This document shows, piece after piece, positions 23,330-36,360 of a DNA stretch of 64,000 nucleotides (position 1 is the first letter of the stretch; each line of letters begins with the position of its first letter). Position numbers and translations under genes: made by a program. The stretch comes from Mobula hypostoma (lineage: Eukaryota): NCBI RefSeq assembly GCF_963921235.1, contig NC_086108.1, positions 33,668,001 to 33,732,000 of the forward strand. The letters run 5' to 3'. The notes beneath the pieces are model-generated. The model had not been told where the DNA came from and did not search any database. It saw only the letters and a program-made list of their open reading frames with translations.

Positions 23330-24510
23330 TTGAAATGTCTGCATTTCTGGAGACAAGTTGTCTACCAACATCTTTTATAAACCTACCAATTCCCATAGCT
23401 ATCTTGTCTATACCTCAACCGTAAAAATGCGATTTCCTTTCCTCAGTTCCTTTGCCTACATCGCATTTGTTCCCAGGATGAGGCTTTCCTTTCCAGGGCA
23501 GTGATGTCCTCCTTCAGGGAGTGGGGATTCCCTTTATCCACCATTGATGCTGCCCACTCCCGCATCTCCTCCATTTCCCAGACATCTGCACTCACCCCAT
23601 CTTCCTGTTGCCTTAACAGGGATAGCATTCCTCTTGCCCTCATCTACCACCCAATCAGCCTCTGCATTCAACACATCGCTCTCCATAACTTCCGCCATCT
23701 TCAACGGGATTCTACCAGAAAATAAGTTTTTACTTCTCCCCCACTCTGCGCTTTCTGAAGGGATTACTCCTTCTGTAATTCACTTGTCCATTTGTCCGTC
23801 CCCATTAATCTCCCTCATGGCACATATCCCTACAAGTGAGAGAGATGCCACACCTCACCATTCACCTCCATTCAGGGCTTCAAGCGGTCCTTCCAGGTGA
23901 GGCAACCCTCCACCTATGAATTTGTTGGTGTCATCTATAATATCCAGTGCTCCCAGTGTGGCCTCCTCTATGTTGGAGAGACCCGACAAATCCCCATTTC
24001 AATTCTTACATGTTGGTCCAAGGCCGCCTCTTCTGCTTGAGAAGGCCACTCTCTGGGGGGAGGAGCAACAACTCGTTCCATTTAGGTAGCCTCCCATGCA
24101 AATTTTTCTTCTGCCAATTTCTCTTTTTTGATTCCCCCCCTTCCCTCTTCTTCCATTCCCCCTTCTTGCATTCCCCATACTGGCCTCTTGCCTCTTCTCA
24201 CCTGCCTATCACCTCCCCGGGTTCCCCCCTCCTCCCCTTTCTCCCATGGTCCACATCTCTCCCAAGAGATTCCTTTTCCAACCCTTTACCACTCCCCTGG
24301 CTTCGTCTATCACCTTCCAGCTGGCCTTCTTCCCTTGCCCCACTCTTGTAATCTGTTGTCCTTCCCCCTTCCTTTCCAGTCCTGATGAAGTTCCTCAGCC
24401 CGATATGTTGACTATTTATTCCTTTCCATAGATGCAGTCTGGCCTGCTGAGTTCCTCCAGCATTTTGTGTGTTGCTCTGGATTTTCAGCATCTGCAGAAT
24501 CTTCTGTTTA
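23330..24510 (+). mobile_element. Penelope-like element 3' part with pseudo-LTR
   Basis: IS(F)PQFLCLHRICSQDEAF-type post-RT region, GIY-YIG remnant (VIYNIQCSQCGLLYVGET), pseudo-LTR with a mutated hammerhead (24377-24414) ending cagcatctgcagaatc. Confidence 0.85.
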
Positions 24511-26049
24511 TGATTTGCTGTTGCATTTACTTGCTTTTATAATTTGAAAACAAACTGGAACCTATGTCTGCCGTCATTAATTTATAAAGCTTTGACCTTG
24601 CTGAGGATATTCAGAAATGGATTCTCAGTCACAAAAGCCACAGGTGTCGGAACAATATTCACAGGACTGCATCTATACATCTGATCTACACAATTGTTAA
24701 GAATAGTGTCCAGGTTTGCCACACATCACCGTGGGAAGCAGTCTAAGTGAATTTTACAGTTCTGAAACAAATAATTTAAATGTGCCATTAGGTAAATAAT
24801 ACCAATTTCTTGGTCCATTCAACAGTTAAGGTTGTGGGGTGAAGGAACTTTGTGCACCCCCCCCCCCCACCCAGAGGAAGATTTGTAAGAGGAAGCCTGG
24901 TAACCAAAATTGCTTCCCTGAAAATACTGTAATTTGACTATACTCATGTTAATCACAAAATGAGATCTAACTATTAATTTTGCTCACAGCAGCCTCAATA
25001 TAATAGTGACCCCAGATCTCAGACTATTCTTAATCATAAGTGGGTATGACCACAAGGTTAACTTGCTGCTCAATCCAATAGTAGAGCACTGTCCTGTATT
25101 CACATTATGCATAAGGAAATGACACTGCACAAGTTTGATTCAAGGCTGTTTGCTTATGATGCATTATATACTTCTATTCTGTGGGAAAGGGGTAATTACA
25201 GGCATGAACGTGCCTCCAGGAAACGATGGTAATCTAAAGTCTCTGGAGGATGCAAAAACAAGCAAAACTAGACAAAATATGATGACCAATCTGCTCTGAG
25301 AACTTGGCTTCCGAGATAGAGTAGAATGGTGAGGTATCATTTGGTTCAACATCTGCCCACTTTAATAAGAGAACTTTAAAACGGGATCCGAATTCACTAT
25401 CATTCAGTCAACATCTTATTATGAAACTTGGAATGTGTACAAAGTCAAATACTAATCAAAGTCTGCCTAATGTCACTTAAGCAGAGAAGACCAGATATTA
25501 ACTATTCGAATAATGCTGCCAGTGCTCCACTTAAGCAAGGAAGATCTTTGTCTTGTTGAAAGACAATGCTTGGTTTGTCAAAAGTGCTTCAAGAGCCATG
25601 TACCATCTTAATATTATTTTTCAGGCTCTGAAAGAGTTAAGAGTTTCAACAGTTATTCTCTCTGGAAGCTTTGATAAAGACATAAACATCTCTAATTTTC
25701 TGCTTGGTATTGCTGCCCCTCACCTCTTAACTTCCCATTGGAATGGATCTAATGTGCACTGTGTGGGGATACTTTTCAACCCATGTTGCCTTCACTCCAT
25801 AATGAATATGTTTCATCTGCAGTTACCCTCCTGTAGTGAATGGACCTCATTTGAATATGTGCACATTCAGAGATCACACTGCTAACTCCTTGAAGCATAT
25901 GCTATCATTTAACATGTGCATAAAAGGCCCCATATCAATCTGCCCCTGTATACAACATCACCCTTTGACAATAAAGCTTCTTGACAATGCAATTGAAAAC
26001 AATCGAAAGCTCCCTCAAAGTGATCCTTCTCTTCCCTTCCAGGGCACAA

Positions 26050-26400
26050 ATCACTCCCACAAACGCTTCAAAGTCCTGGAGAGGCAACAGCGAAAAATCC
26101 TCCAACTGCATTGACACAGTAAGCAAATGGTCCAGGCCAACACCTCCATCACTGACAACCAAACCACACTTAGTCAAGATAGACAGGCCACATCACTCGC
26201 ACAGACTTCCAAGATAGGCACTCTGCTCCAAGTTCCATCACTTCGAGAGAGTGTTAGGCTGGCACAAGTGGCAATAAAACCACATTTTAATAAAGGGTGT
26301 CATTCCCACTAGCATATAGGAACCCTTGCCCACAACCACTTCAGCCGCACTCAAGATAGCATTGAGAACCAGAGCCCCATTGACGGGATTACAGAAACCC
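26050..26400 (+). mobile_element. Very old RTE-clade LINE fragment
   Basis: HKRFKVLERQQRKILQLH...QANTSI resembles the RTE C-terminal LE.FHQRCLRKIL.I.W motif. Confidence 0.4.
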
Positions 26401-27705
26401 TGCCTGGCAAGGGAAAGGATGTACCACCACCCGAACTGTTCTCACATTTGCCCCTTCAGGATCCTCCTACTCTACTTGTGACTGAATCTGTAGGCCCCAC
26501 ATTGGCCATTTCAGAACACACGAAACTGGAGTGGAAGCAAGTCATCCTTGATGTTGAAGGAAAAAAAGCAGCTTAATTCTTCGCTTATCCCATGTGTTAA
26601 TGTTACTGCAAACCTTGGATGGAGAATATATACAGTTATGAAATACCACTCTGAGTCTGCCCAGTGTCACTAATTCAAAACAGACTCATGTAGCAACGTA
26701 TTCCATTAACACTGGCACTGCTCTGCTGAGGAAAGAGGTTCTTTAGTTATTTATAAAGCTTTGCCTGGAATACAAAACTTCCTACATAGCCATACACAAT
26801 CTCATTATTTTTGTTCAGGGTCAGATGTGTTAGCGAGAAGCTTCAACAGTTGCTCAAACTGGGAGTTGAGGGGGTGGGACTCAATTTTGATCCGCAATGA
26901 ATCACACGTGCTGTTTGAATATCCAGGATGAAAGTGAGGAAAAAATAATATTCCACCGCTCCAACTTTCAGATTTTTTTTGTTCACTTGGCACACACATG
27001 GCAGAATACTAAAAGGATAATCAGAGAATCAATACACAATCTATTTGATCATGAATAATTGAAGCTTTTGAAAGATTTGGTGCTTCTGTCAAGGGCTCAT
27101 CAAGATAAACAATGGTTGTGGGAGAACGGAAGCTGTTTCTGCTGCTACTTGCGGTAGAGCCTCCCTGAACCCTTACTGTAACAGAAACCAACATCAAAGC
27201 CAGCTTTTATTTTCTAATCTGTGCCTTTTATTTTTCTAAAATATTTATTCAGCTTACTCAAATGGAAGCACATAGGCAATCTTTTGCAATTATAAGCTAT
27301 TGGTCAGAGCTTACAACATCTGGTCTAGAGCGAGACTCTGCTATCATCTTCCCACCCATTTCTTCCTTGCAACTTACAAAGAGCCCATCCAACTTGGATA
27401 TTTATATTGGGTGAATAAGCAATTTTCTTTATGGACATTGGTTTGATAATCAGAATCAAACAAAACGGGCATGGATGGACTATGGACTTCCCCACAGACC
27501 GACCTCTCTCCCTCTTTGGCAAACACTAATTTAAAAAAGCAGATAGATGATCACTGTTGTTTGAAGCCTCTCCAAGAAGCTATGTACAGTAGCTTACATA
27601 TGTTGCACACTTGGACACAAAAGGGACTTCCAGGTGTGCAGAAGTTTAAAATAACATCTTTATTTTCCTTTCTGGAAATACAGGAACACAAGCGCATCGG
27701 CTTAC

Positions 27706-27789
27706 CATGCATGCTGCAGGGGCGTCTCCGTCTACTCCATCACGTGCGCCCTCCCGTGCCCCCCAGGACCCCTCAGCTGCCCCAAGTGC
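27706..27789 (-). other. Candidate upstream exon of the minus-strand gene
   Basis: GC/CpG-rich 84-nt block in AT-rich unique DNA ending in ATG|gtaagc (donor at 27706/27705); possible weak acceptor tatacag|G at 27790/27789. ATG at 27712 is in frame with the 21061 exon. Confidence 0.4.
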
Positions 27790-28864
27790 CTGTATAAGCT
27801 TTGCCGCTTGTAACCATCAACTAACCCACTAAAATATTACCGTTGCTAGTGCAACTGAACATTAATCAAATTGTGAATGAACAAAATAACAAACCAAAGC
27901 AATAAAAATAATATGAACATAATATAAGAAAATTAGGGGCGTATCCAGTGTCTATTAATATGCTCCACATTACTCTGGGTCCCACACATAGCATTATTTA
28001 CTATACTTTCTGGCACAAATTGTATTAATTCCTCCAAAACAATGCAAATCCCCATTTCATTCTGATACAGTAACTGCATTTCTAGTGCACAGCAAAAGAA
28101 AAATGGATCATACCCATGCCCTTGAATTACGAGCCGATGTGCACCTGGTGCAGTTAAAGAATTTTGGAAATGATTGGAAAAGTTTATTTTATAAAACTTA
28201 CTCACTTTTGGATTTTTACTGCAACAGTCAATAATAGCAGTATTACTGAATGAAAGTGGTTTATTAAGAACTTTCATCGTGTGCACTAATTGCATCGATT
28301 TTTCAAAGTGAGTAACAGCATTCCCCCACCCACCCTCCAAAAGTAGAGAAAGGGAACTAATCTGGAGAAGAAAGCCACAACCAAAATAGATCAGCAGCAA
28401 ATTTCATACAGCTTGATTAAAACAGACATTATTAAATGGAATAAGGAAATCAACACATGCAAGACCCCATTCTAATATACCTAAAACATTACATTAAGCA
28501 ACATCTGATCTGAAGAATCTTTCAACTTTTTTTCCTCCCTGTACCACTTATTTTAATTAATCTTCCACATTCTTCCCAATAAATTTTAATGCTGTTTTGG
28601 GTAACTAGATAGGTGAATTAATTTGAAAAGACAGTTGTAATAATGGATGGTGGTAGTGGTTAGTATACAAAAACCCTCTGCAATTTCTAACCATTTTTCT
28701 TGCTATTATTTGAAGTTTGTAACCTTCGTTATGTTGTAGAATACCATAATCACAGAGGACAGAAACAGGCCTTTGTAAATGGCTGTTTGATGGCCAGAAT
28801 AGACTTAATGGGACACAGTTCAATTATAAATTTTTGATAGCTCAATTGTTTTTTAAATTGGGAT

Positions 28865-28995
28865 ACAAAACTGCCCAGCAATCCTCTGATTTAATCCTAG
28901 CCAAATTATGTGACAACTTACAATGACCAATTAACCTATCAACCAGCGTGTCTTTGGACTGTGGGAGTAAACCGGAATACCTGGAAGAAACCCGT
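28865..28995 (-). mobile_element. tRNA-derived SINE fragment
   Basis: Matches the body of the SINE at 36110-36360 (gatttaatcctagcc...aatgaccaattaacct...ggactgtgggag). Confidence 0.65.
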
Positions 28996-29321
28996 GCCAT
29001 TTCCCAAAATGCTGGAGATCTTAAGATTTTCCAGGCATATGTTGAAGATCTTAAGAAATAGCTGGAATTCTCCCTGGTGTCCTGGTCAAAACATCCCATT
29101 GCCAATAGCAGCAAAAATAGTCTACTCAGAATAGTTGGAGAAATATAATATCCAATTTACAAGCAAAATCCCACAAACTACAATGAGTTAACAAATTTTT
29201 GGGTTGTAATATATGGCAAGTGAAATTTTGGTCAGAGCACTAGGAAGCTCCTTTTTACACCCTCCCCCTCCGGGTACACTTAGCCAAAAAAAAAAAAAAA
29301 TTCAAAATAATGGCTTAAAGA

Positions 29322-30250
29322 TTAAACACGAGATTCTGGAGTTGCAAGTCAGGCAGAATCTATGGAGGGAAATAAACAGTCAACCCCCACTTCCCCTTTC
29401 TGCTTTCTGTAGGGGCTGCTCTCTACATGACTCCATTGTTCACTCATCCCTCACCACTTAACTCACTCCTGGCACTTACCCCTGCAAGCAAGACAGTGCT
29501 ACACTTTCCCCTATGCCTCCTTCCTCTCCACCTCTCATGACACCAAACTGTCCTTCCAGGTGAGGCGATATTTCACCTGTGAACCTGTCAATGTTATATA
29601 TGCATTGTATCCAGTGCTTCTGGTGGGCCTTCCCTACATCAGTGAGAGCCAACCCAACGCAGGCTGGGGAACAGCTTTGTCAAACACCTTCATTCTCTCT
29701 GCTGAAAAAGGTAGGATACCCCAGTGGCTACTCATTTCAGTTCGATTTCTCATTCCCATTCTGATACGTCTGTCCATGACCACCTCTAATGTCATGACAA
29801 AGCCAACCCCTTGTTTTATCTGGGTGACCTCCAGCTTGCTGACATCAGTATCAATTTCTCCAGTTTCTGATAATTCCTCCCCCTTCTCTACTCTTTTTCC
29901 ATTCCCCAATCTGGTTGCACCCTCACCCCTTCTCCTCTCACCTGCCCATCACATTCCTCTGGTTCCCCTCCTTCTCCACGGCCCACCGTCCTCTATTAGA
30001 TTTCTTCATCACTCCACATATCCCCTCCTATCTTCTTGTTTCATTTGCCACGACCCCCCCCCCACACCTTCCTCACCTTGTCTCACCTAATACCTGCCAG
30101 CTTGCACTCCATCCCCTACCTCCAATTTCTTTTTCTGGCTTCTGACCCCTTACTTCCAACCCTGCTGAAGGATTGCAGACCAGTGCATCGACTATGTCCC
30201 TCCATGGATGCTGCCTGGTCTGCTGAGCTCCTCCAGCATTGTGTGGGATG
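29322..30250 (+). mobile_element. Degenerate Penelope-like element with short inverted 5' pseudo-LTR
   Basis: 29322-29383 is an inverted pseudo-LTR end; followed by a GIY-YIG remnant (RRYFTCEPVNVIY) and a pseudo-LTR ending ctccagcattgtgtg. Confidence 0.7.
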
Positions 30251-31249
30251 CAATAGCTTGAAGTTAGAATGTTTGAAAGTCTGTTCAATTTAATCAGAGG
30301 CTTTCCTCATCTCTGAAAATTGCTGAGCTACCTTATACATTCAAAACAACAATTGTGTTTGAAGCTAGCATCCTCTGCATTTGTTATTTACTACAAGTTC
30401 CAAGGAGAATGCACCATCTCCTGATAGCCCAGCCTATACAATAAATTGAGGAAACATTGATGGCCTTAACAGTCTGTTTGGATGTTATGACATTTGTTTA
30501 GGCATTCATTGGCTACGTGATATCTACAGAAAGAGGCAAAATAGCTGCCAGAATTGAGCTGAATTTCCCTTATGCAAATTGCATACATACGGTCAAATGG
30601 AAACATGTCCAGAAGTAAAGCAATAAATCTTTTGTGTAAATATTTATGCCAAATTTCAAAGACAGTGAAGCCTTTCCTCTCTCTTGCAATTGGCATACTA
30701 CCTTTACATGTAAGGCATTGACCTGTGCTCTGCTTCACTGTCTTTACTACAAGAATCAGATCCACACAACTGCAGCTTCTCCCTGCATCGGCATGAATAT
30801 CCCAAACTGTAATTGGCAGATGTCGGCTGATGCTTCACCTCAATGACTTGTCTTAGACCCTCAGTGCACTCATTCTGTGAGATGCTGAAACAAGTTGACA
30901 AGCAAAACCACCCTTATTCTTACCTAGGAAGGCTTTGATTATCGTGGCAGTGATTGAAAGATTATTACTTAATTTGAAAACTATCTTGAATGATCTGAAG
31001 AAGTGTGAATAAATGAACAACTTTCCACTAGTAACTACCAAATCCTACCATTGTCTGTTTAGCTCTTGTATCGGCATTGTATGAGTTAATATTCACTACA
31101 TGTGCCACATGAAGATAGCTTGGAATGCAAATTCTCTGGCACCAACTCTTGGCTACAATGATGATCTGCCAGCTGCGTGAATAAGCCTGATGGTTTACTG
31201 AAAATCATGTCATTTATTACCCTTATTTGTGCTTTAAGATAATCATCTT

Positions 31250-32015
31250 TCATGATAGAAGTTTATAAGACTACAAGAGGAATAGTCAGCCGTTACCTTT
31301 TTCCCCCGGGGTTGAAATTGCTAACACTAGATCAAGATTGCTTAATGTCATTTCCAGTACACAAGAGTAAAGGAGAACAAAATAATTGTGACTCCAGATC
31401 TGATGCAGCACAAAACTCCCCACAAGATAAAGAATACAATGATAATAAAAACACAGCAAAGGTAAATAAGATGGCTTATATACTGCACATAGATTAATTG
31501 CACGCCCATAAAGTGATGCTAGGCACAGGAGTGTCTGTACCTAAGGTAACTGGCAGGAAATGATAAAGTAGTGGCTGCTGGGGGAGTAGGTTACTGAGTG
31601 GTGTTGCTGATCAGCCTTACTGCTGGGGAAGACAACTGTGTTGAGTTTTGGGGTCCTGGCATAGATGCGATACAGTGTCTATGGCATTTAAGAGGCCTTT
31701 AGATAGACGCATAAACGCCAAGATCAAGAGGGCATGCTGAGCTGGGGTGGTTCAAATGGGAGATGTGTGATGCAAGTGATTTTTAAAAAAAAGTACAGAA
31801 GTGAGTGCCCGGAAGGCACTTCCAGGACTGGTCGTGGAGGCAGCTACAGCAGAGGCATTTAAGCATCTCTTAATCTGATAGGCACAGAACAGGCAGAGAA
31901 TGGAGGGATATGGACATTGTGTAGGCAGAAGGAATTAGTTGAGACATTTAATTACTAGTTTAATTAGTTTGGCACAGTATCATGGGCCAAAGACCTGTTC
32001 CTGCACTGTACAGGG
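31250..32015 (+). mobile_element. CR1 3' fragments interrupted by an antisense Rex-like tail (about 31330-31680)
   Basis: MIEVYK motif at 31252; 3' UTR ending gggccaaagacctgttcctgcactgtac. Confidence 0.55.
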
Positions 32016-34157
32016 GTCATTCTGTCACATATTTTGTGGTCTGCTGAGCACATTTCATGAGTTGGTCTAGTCTTCGGTTATATGCCAAATAATATACATT
32101 TACTTCTATAGTAGATAACTTCTGAAGTACAATTATTGCTTCATACTTGGCCTCAATATATTCCAACTACCTCAATAAATTATGAATAAATGCACCTCAT
32201 AAACTGAACATTAGCAAAATATTAGGTGTGCCGAAAATTGGAAGCCAGATGCTATTTTTGCTGAGTGAGAAAAGGTCATTAACTAGACCAAAGAACTTAT
32301 GTTGGTGTGAGAATGTTAGAAACTGACAGCTATCACAAACATCTCGGTTCTGAGGAAAGGCAATTGACCTAAAATATTAACTGTTCTGTGAAGTAGAGAT
32401 GGTTTTGGCATTTTTCATTCTACCTGTGTGCTTATAAGATTGCTTAATCTTCTTTGCAGAGTTGTTTATCAAAATATCAATGCTTTTATTCTTTTCTGTA
32501 CAGTTGCCTCACCAAAAATCCAGGAAACTTCTACTTGAAGAATGGCTTAAAATTGCCTCAAAATGCATGTCAAGGAGAAATAAGCTCTTAGTTTGGCTGT
32601 CGTGGAATGCTGGCGTTAGACATTCCAATCACGTGAACATATGGGCAAAAATATTACGATGTTTTCCCAAAACACTGCAGTTGCACTTAGCAACCCATTT
32701 TTGTACATGCCAATTTTCTGTGAATTCCATCAGCTCCTCTACAACTTTGCGTTTGGCTGGAAATCTTGAAACATTAATCTCACTTCTACATCTGAATAGC
32801 CAAAGTAAAAAAAAAACACATCAAACGTGATTAAAATTCATTCAATGTTTTAATTATGTTTTAAACTGCATTTTGTTATAAGTTAAGCAACTTATTCTAA
32901 CTCTTACCCTGATGTTCTTTAGTCAATTCCACTAGGGAAGAGTTCAACTTGAAACCTGAGATATTCATGCTGTACACATGGATATTTTTGTATTCAATAT
33001 CAATATCAAATGTAGAGCAGCTATATCAACAGTAACTCTCAATGTTAAAACTCTGCTATTTTAGCCAAAACTTCAGGACTATGCCAATGGAAATTTCACC
33101 TCCTGTTAAAGTTGAATTGTTTATTTCCAAGTGACACTGCAAATTTTGTGCCCTTTTTTCAGGAATTAGTTTTAACTTTCAAACAGGGCTGAGGCTGTCA
33201 ACTCTAAGCAGAGGACCACCAGAGGAAAGAAAGAAAAACTCAACCCATAGGAATTCAGACTCAGTATTACTCCAACTTAATTCTGAGCTCTCAAAGACAA
33301 AATCTTATTATCATTTGGACATACTTGACAATCTTATTTTAAAAAGTAAAACAAATTTTGCAGTTCTTGGCAACATAAGCATTTATCTCTTTCAGAACTG
33401 CAACACTTTCAGAAGTGTTGAGAATTTGGAAGCCAAAAATAAAAAATTTGAAATTTTTAAGTGCTATTTATGTCCCAAATCTGTTGGTAATGAAAAATGT
33501 TGTTAGAACCCTGCCAATACATCCAAGGCTGTGGTCTTAGAATTCGCTGACAAAACTAGCTAAAGTGAGCTGAATTACAAAGATACATGTTATTCTGCAA
33601 TAGAATTCATGGACAGGATGGCAAACTTTCATGATAAAGCATGGTGGATTAGATGCAAGAAATCGGGAAGAGTACCGTAATGTCTGGCCCTGACGTTAAT
33701 GGTTACTGTTACATTTTTGACATTGCAAATAGTGAATGAGTGGAGTTTATTGGATAAATGGAGTATATTTTGCAGGACTGAGTATAAGAGGTCTCCAGCA
33801 AACTTGGAACCACTTTCTTTCAGTGGGTTCACCAGGGTATGAAGCTGTCTTCAAACAAGTGCAGCTGTATTGGATGATGCACGGGTTGAACAAAAGCAAC
33901 CACACTGGTGCCCTTTACTCAAAGTTGGAATGTGATAACTTGCGATGGTGAATCAGGGTGGAAATGATTGCAAGAAAACATGCTGTAGGGACACAAATAT
34001 GGAAATGTGAGTGATGAGATTGCTCTGAAAGCTAGCATAGGTTCGAAGTCCTGAATGGCCTCCATCTAAAGAGTCATAAAGGAACACAGCACAGAAGCAG
34101 GCCCTTTGCCCCAACTCATCCACACCAACCAGGATACCAAGCTAAGCTAGTTCCAGT

Positions 34158-35392
34158 TAAGACCACAAGACAAGACATAGGAGCAGAATTAGGCCATTTG
34201 ACACATCAAGTCTGCTCTGCCATTCAATTATGGCTGATCCTTTCTCCCCTCCTCAGCCCCACTCTCTGGCCTTCTCCCTGTAACATTTGATGCTATGTCC
34301 AATCAAGAACCTTACAAGTTCTGCCTTAAATACATCCAACAACCTGGCCTCCATAGCTGCCCATGGAATAAATTCCACAAATTCACTACCCTTCGGCTAG
34401 AGAAATTTCTCTGCATCTGTTTGAAGTCCTGAGGCTGTGCCCTGTTGTCCTAGACTCCCCCCACCATGGGAAACATCCTTTCCACATCTACTCTGTCTAG
34501 CCCTTTCAACATTTGAAAGGTTTCAATAAGATCCCCCCTCATCCTTCAGAGGAAAACATTCCTCTTATGATAACTTACATTCCTGAAATCATCCTGTGAA
34601 GCTCCTCTGAACCCTGTCCAATGCCAGCACATCTTTTCTTAGATGAGGAGCCCAAAACTGTTCACAATACTCAAGGTGCAGCCTTACCAGTGCCTTATAA
34701 AGCCTCAGCATGACATCCCTGCTCTCGTATTCTAGACCTCTTGAAATGAAAGCTAACATTGCATTTGCCTTCCTCACCACCGACTCTACCTGCAAGTTAA
34801 CCTTTAGGGTGTTCTGCACAAGGACTACCAAGTCCCTATGTACCTCAGTTTTTTGGAGTTTCTCCCCATTTAGAAAATAGTCTGCATATTTATTTCTTCT
34901 ACCAAAGTGCATGACCATGCATTTTCCAACATTGTATTTCATTTGTCACTCTCTTGCCCATTCTCCTAATCAGTCTAAGTCCTTCTGCATCCTACCTGTT
35001 TCTTCAACACTACCTGCCCCTCCACCAATCTTTGTATCATCTACAAACATAGCAACAAGCCATATATTCCATCATCTAAATCATTGACCTACAGCATAAA
35101 AAGAAGCGGCCCCAACACTGATCCCTGTGGAACACCACTAGTCACTGGCAGCCAACCAGACAAGGATCCTTTTATTCCCACCCGCTGCCTCTTACCAATC
35201 AGCCAATGCTCTAACCATGCCAGCAACTTTCCTGTAATACCATGGGCTCTTAACTTGATAAGCAGGCTCATGTGTGGCACCTTGTCAAAGGCCTTCTAAA
35301 AGTCCAAGTACACATCATCCACTTTATCTATCCTGCTTGCAATCTCCTCAAATAATCCCAACAGGTTTGTCAGTGAAGATTTTCCCAGCAAC
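34158..35392 (-). mobile_element. 5'-truncated CR1 LINE (RT C-terminal half and 3' UTR) nested in an older CR1
   Basis: ORFs VYLDF, SGVPQGSVLGPLLF, HLEYCEQFWAP; tail aagaccacaagac. Older CR1 pieces at 34070-34157 and 35393-35750. Confidence 0.9.
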
Positions 35393-36109
35393 ATCTTGTA
35401 AATCATCTTCGCACTCTTTCCAGCTTTATGAAACCTTCCCTGTAACCGGGTAACCAAAACTGCACAAAATATTCTCAGTGTGGCATCACCAATGTCTTCC
35501 GCAACTACAATATAGTGCCCCAACATCTGTACTTAATGTCCTGCCTGATGAAGGCTCACGCGCCGAATACGTCTTTTACCACCAGGTCTACCTCTGACAG
35601 CTTATTCAGGAATCGATGGACTTCTACTCCTACATCCCTCTTGGCTTTGACACTTGTTAGAGCTCTATTGTTTGCTGTGAAAGTTCTACCCTCCTTTGAT
35701 TTCCGAAATTGCAACAGCTGGGACTTCTCTGAATAAAATACCATTTGCTACTCCATGTTGTAAGAGAATATGCGCGTATAATTAGGAATGTAACATTGGA
35801 AAGGAAAAGTGACAGCAATTCTAAGGCACATTTTATATTTCTGAGCCAGTATTATGAAGATTAGAAGCTTTTGTAGGAGTGCTTGAAATTACTTTTGAAT
35901 TTTTTTAATCTGCCAGCAAAACTAGGTGAAGAAGAGTAAAAGAGCAATAATCCCTGCAGAAAATACTTATTACTCCTTCCACCTCCCCACATAATTAGTC
36001 CACATGTCACTGTTCTTTTACAGTGTGCATCCTGCATGCATGCATCTCCTTCTCTCTAATTAATATCATTTGCAAACTGAATAATAAGCATTAAAAAATG
36101 AAAGATTTA

Positions 36110-36360
36110 ATTTATTTATTGAGATACAGCGTGGAATAGGATGCTGAGCAATCCCCTGATTTAATCCTAGCCCAATCTTGGGACAATTTACAAAGACCAA
36201 TTAACCTAGCAACCAGTAGGGACTGTGGGAGGAGACCAGAGCACCCAGAGGAAACTCACACGGTCACTGCGAGAACGTGAAAGCTCCTTAAGGGCAGTGG
36301 CGAAAATTGAACCTGGGTCTTTGGTACTGTAAAGCGCTGTGCTAACCACTATGCTTACCA
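36110..36360 (-). mobile_element. tRNA-derived SINE
   Basis: Minus strand starts ggtaagcaTAGTGGTTAGcacagcgc (A-box-like) ... ccaGGTTCAATTttcgcc (B-box-like) and ends in a (taaa)n tail. Confidence 0.8.

Noticed and set aside
25860..26050. Faint resemblance to a Harbinger nuclease (GAIDG-type) on the minus strand
   Set aside because: Catalytic motifs are not present; similarity is at chance level.
36300..36360. tRNA gene
   Set aside because: The A/B boxes belong to a SINE head; no complete cloverleaf and it runs into a SINE body.
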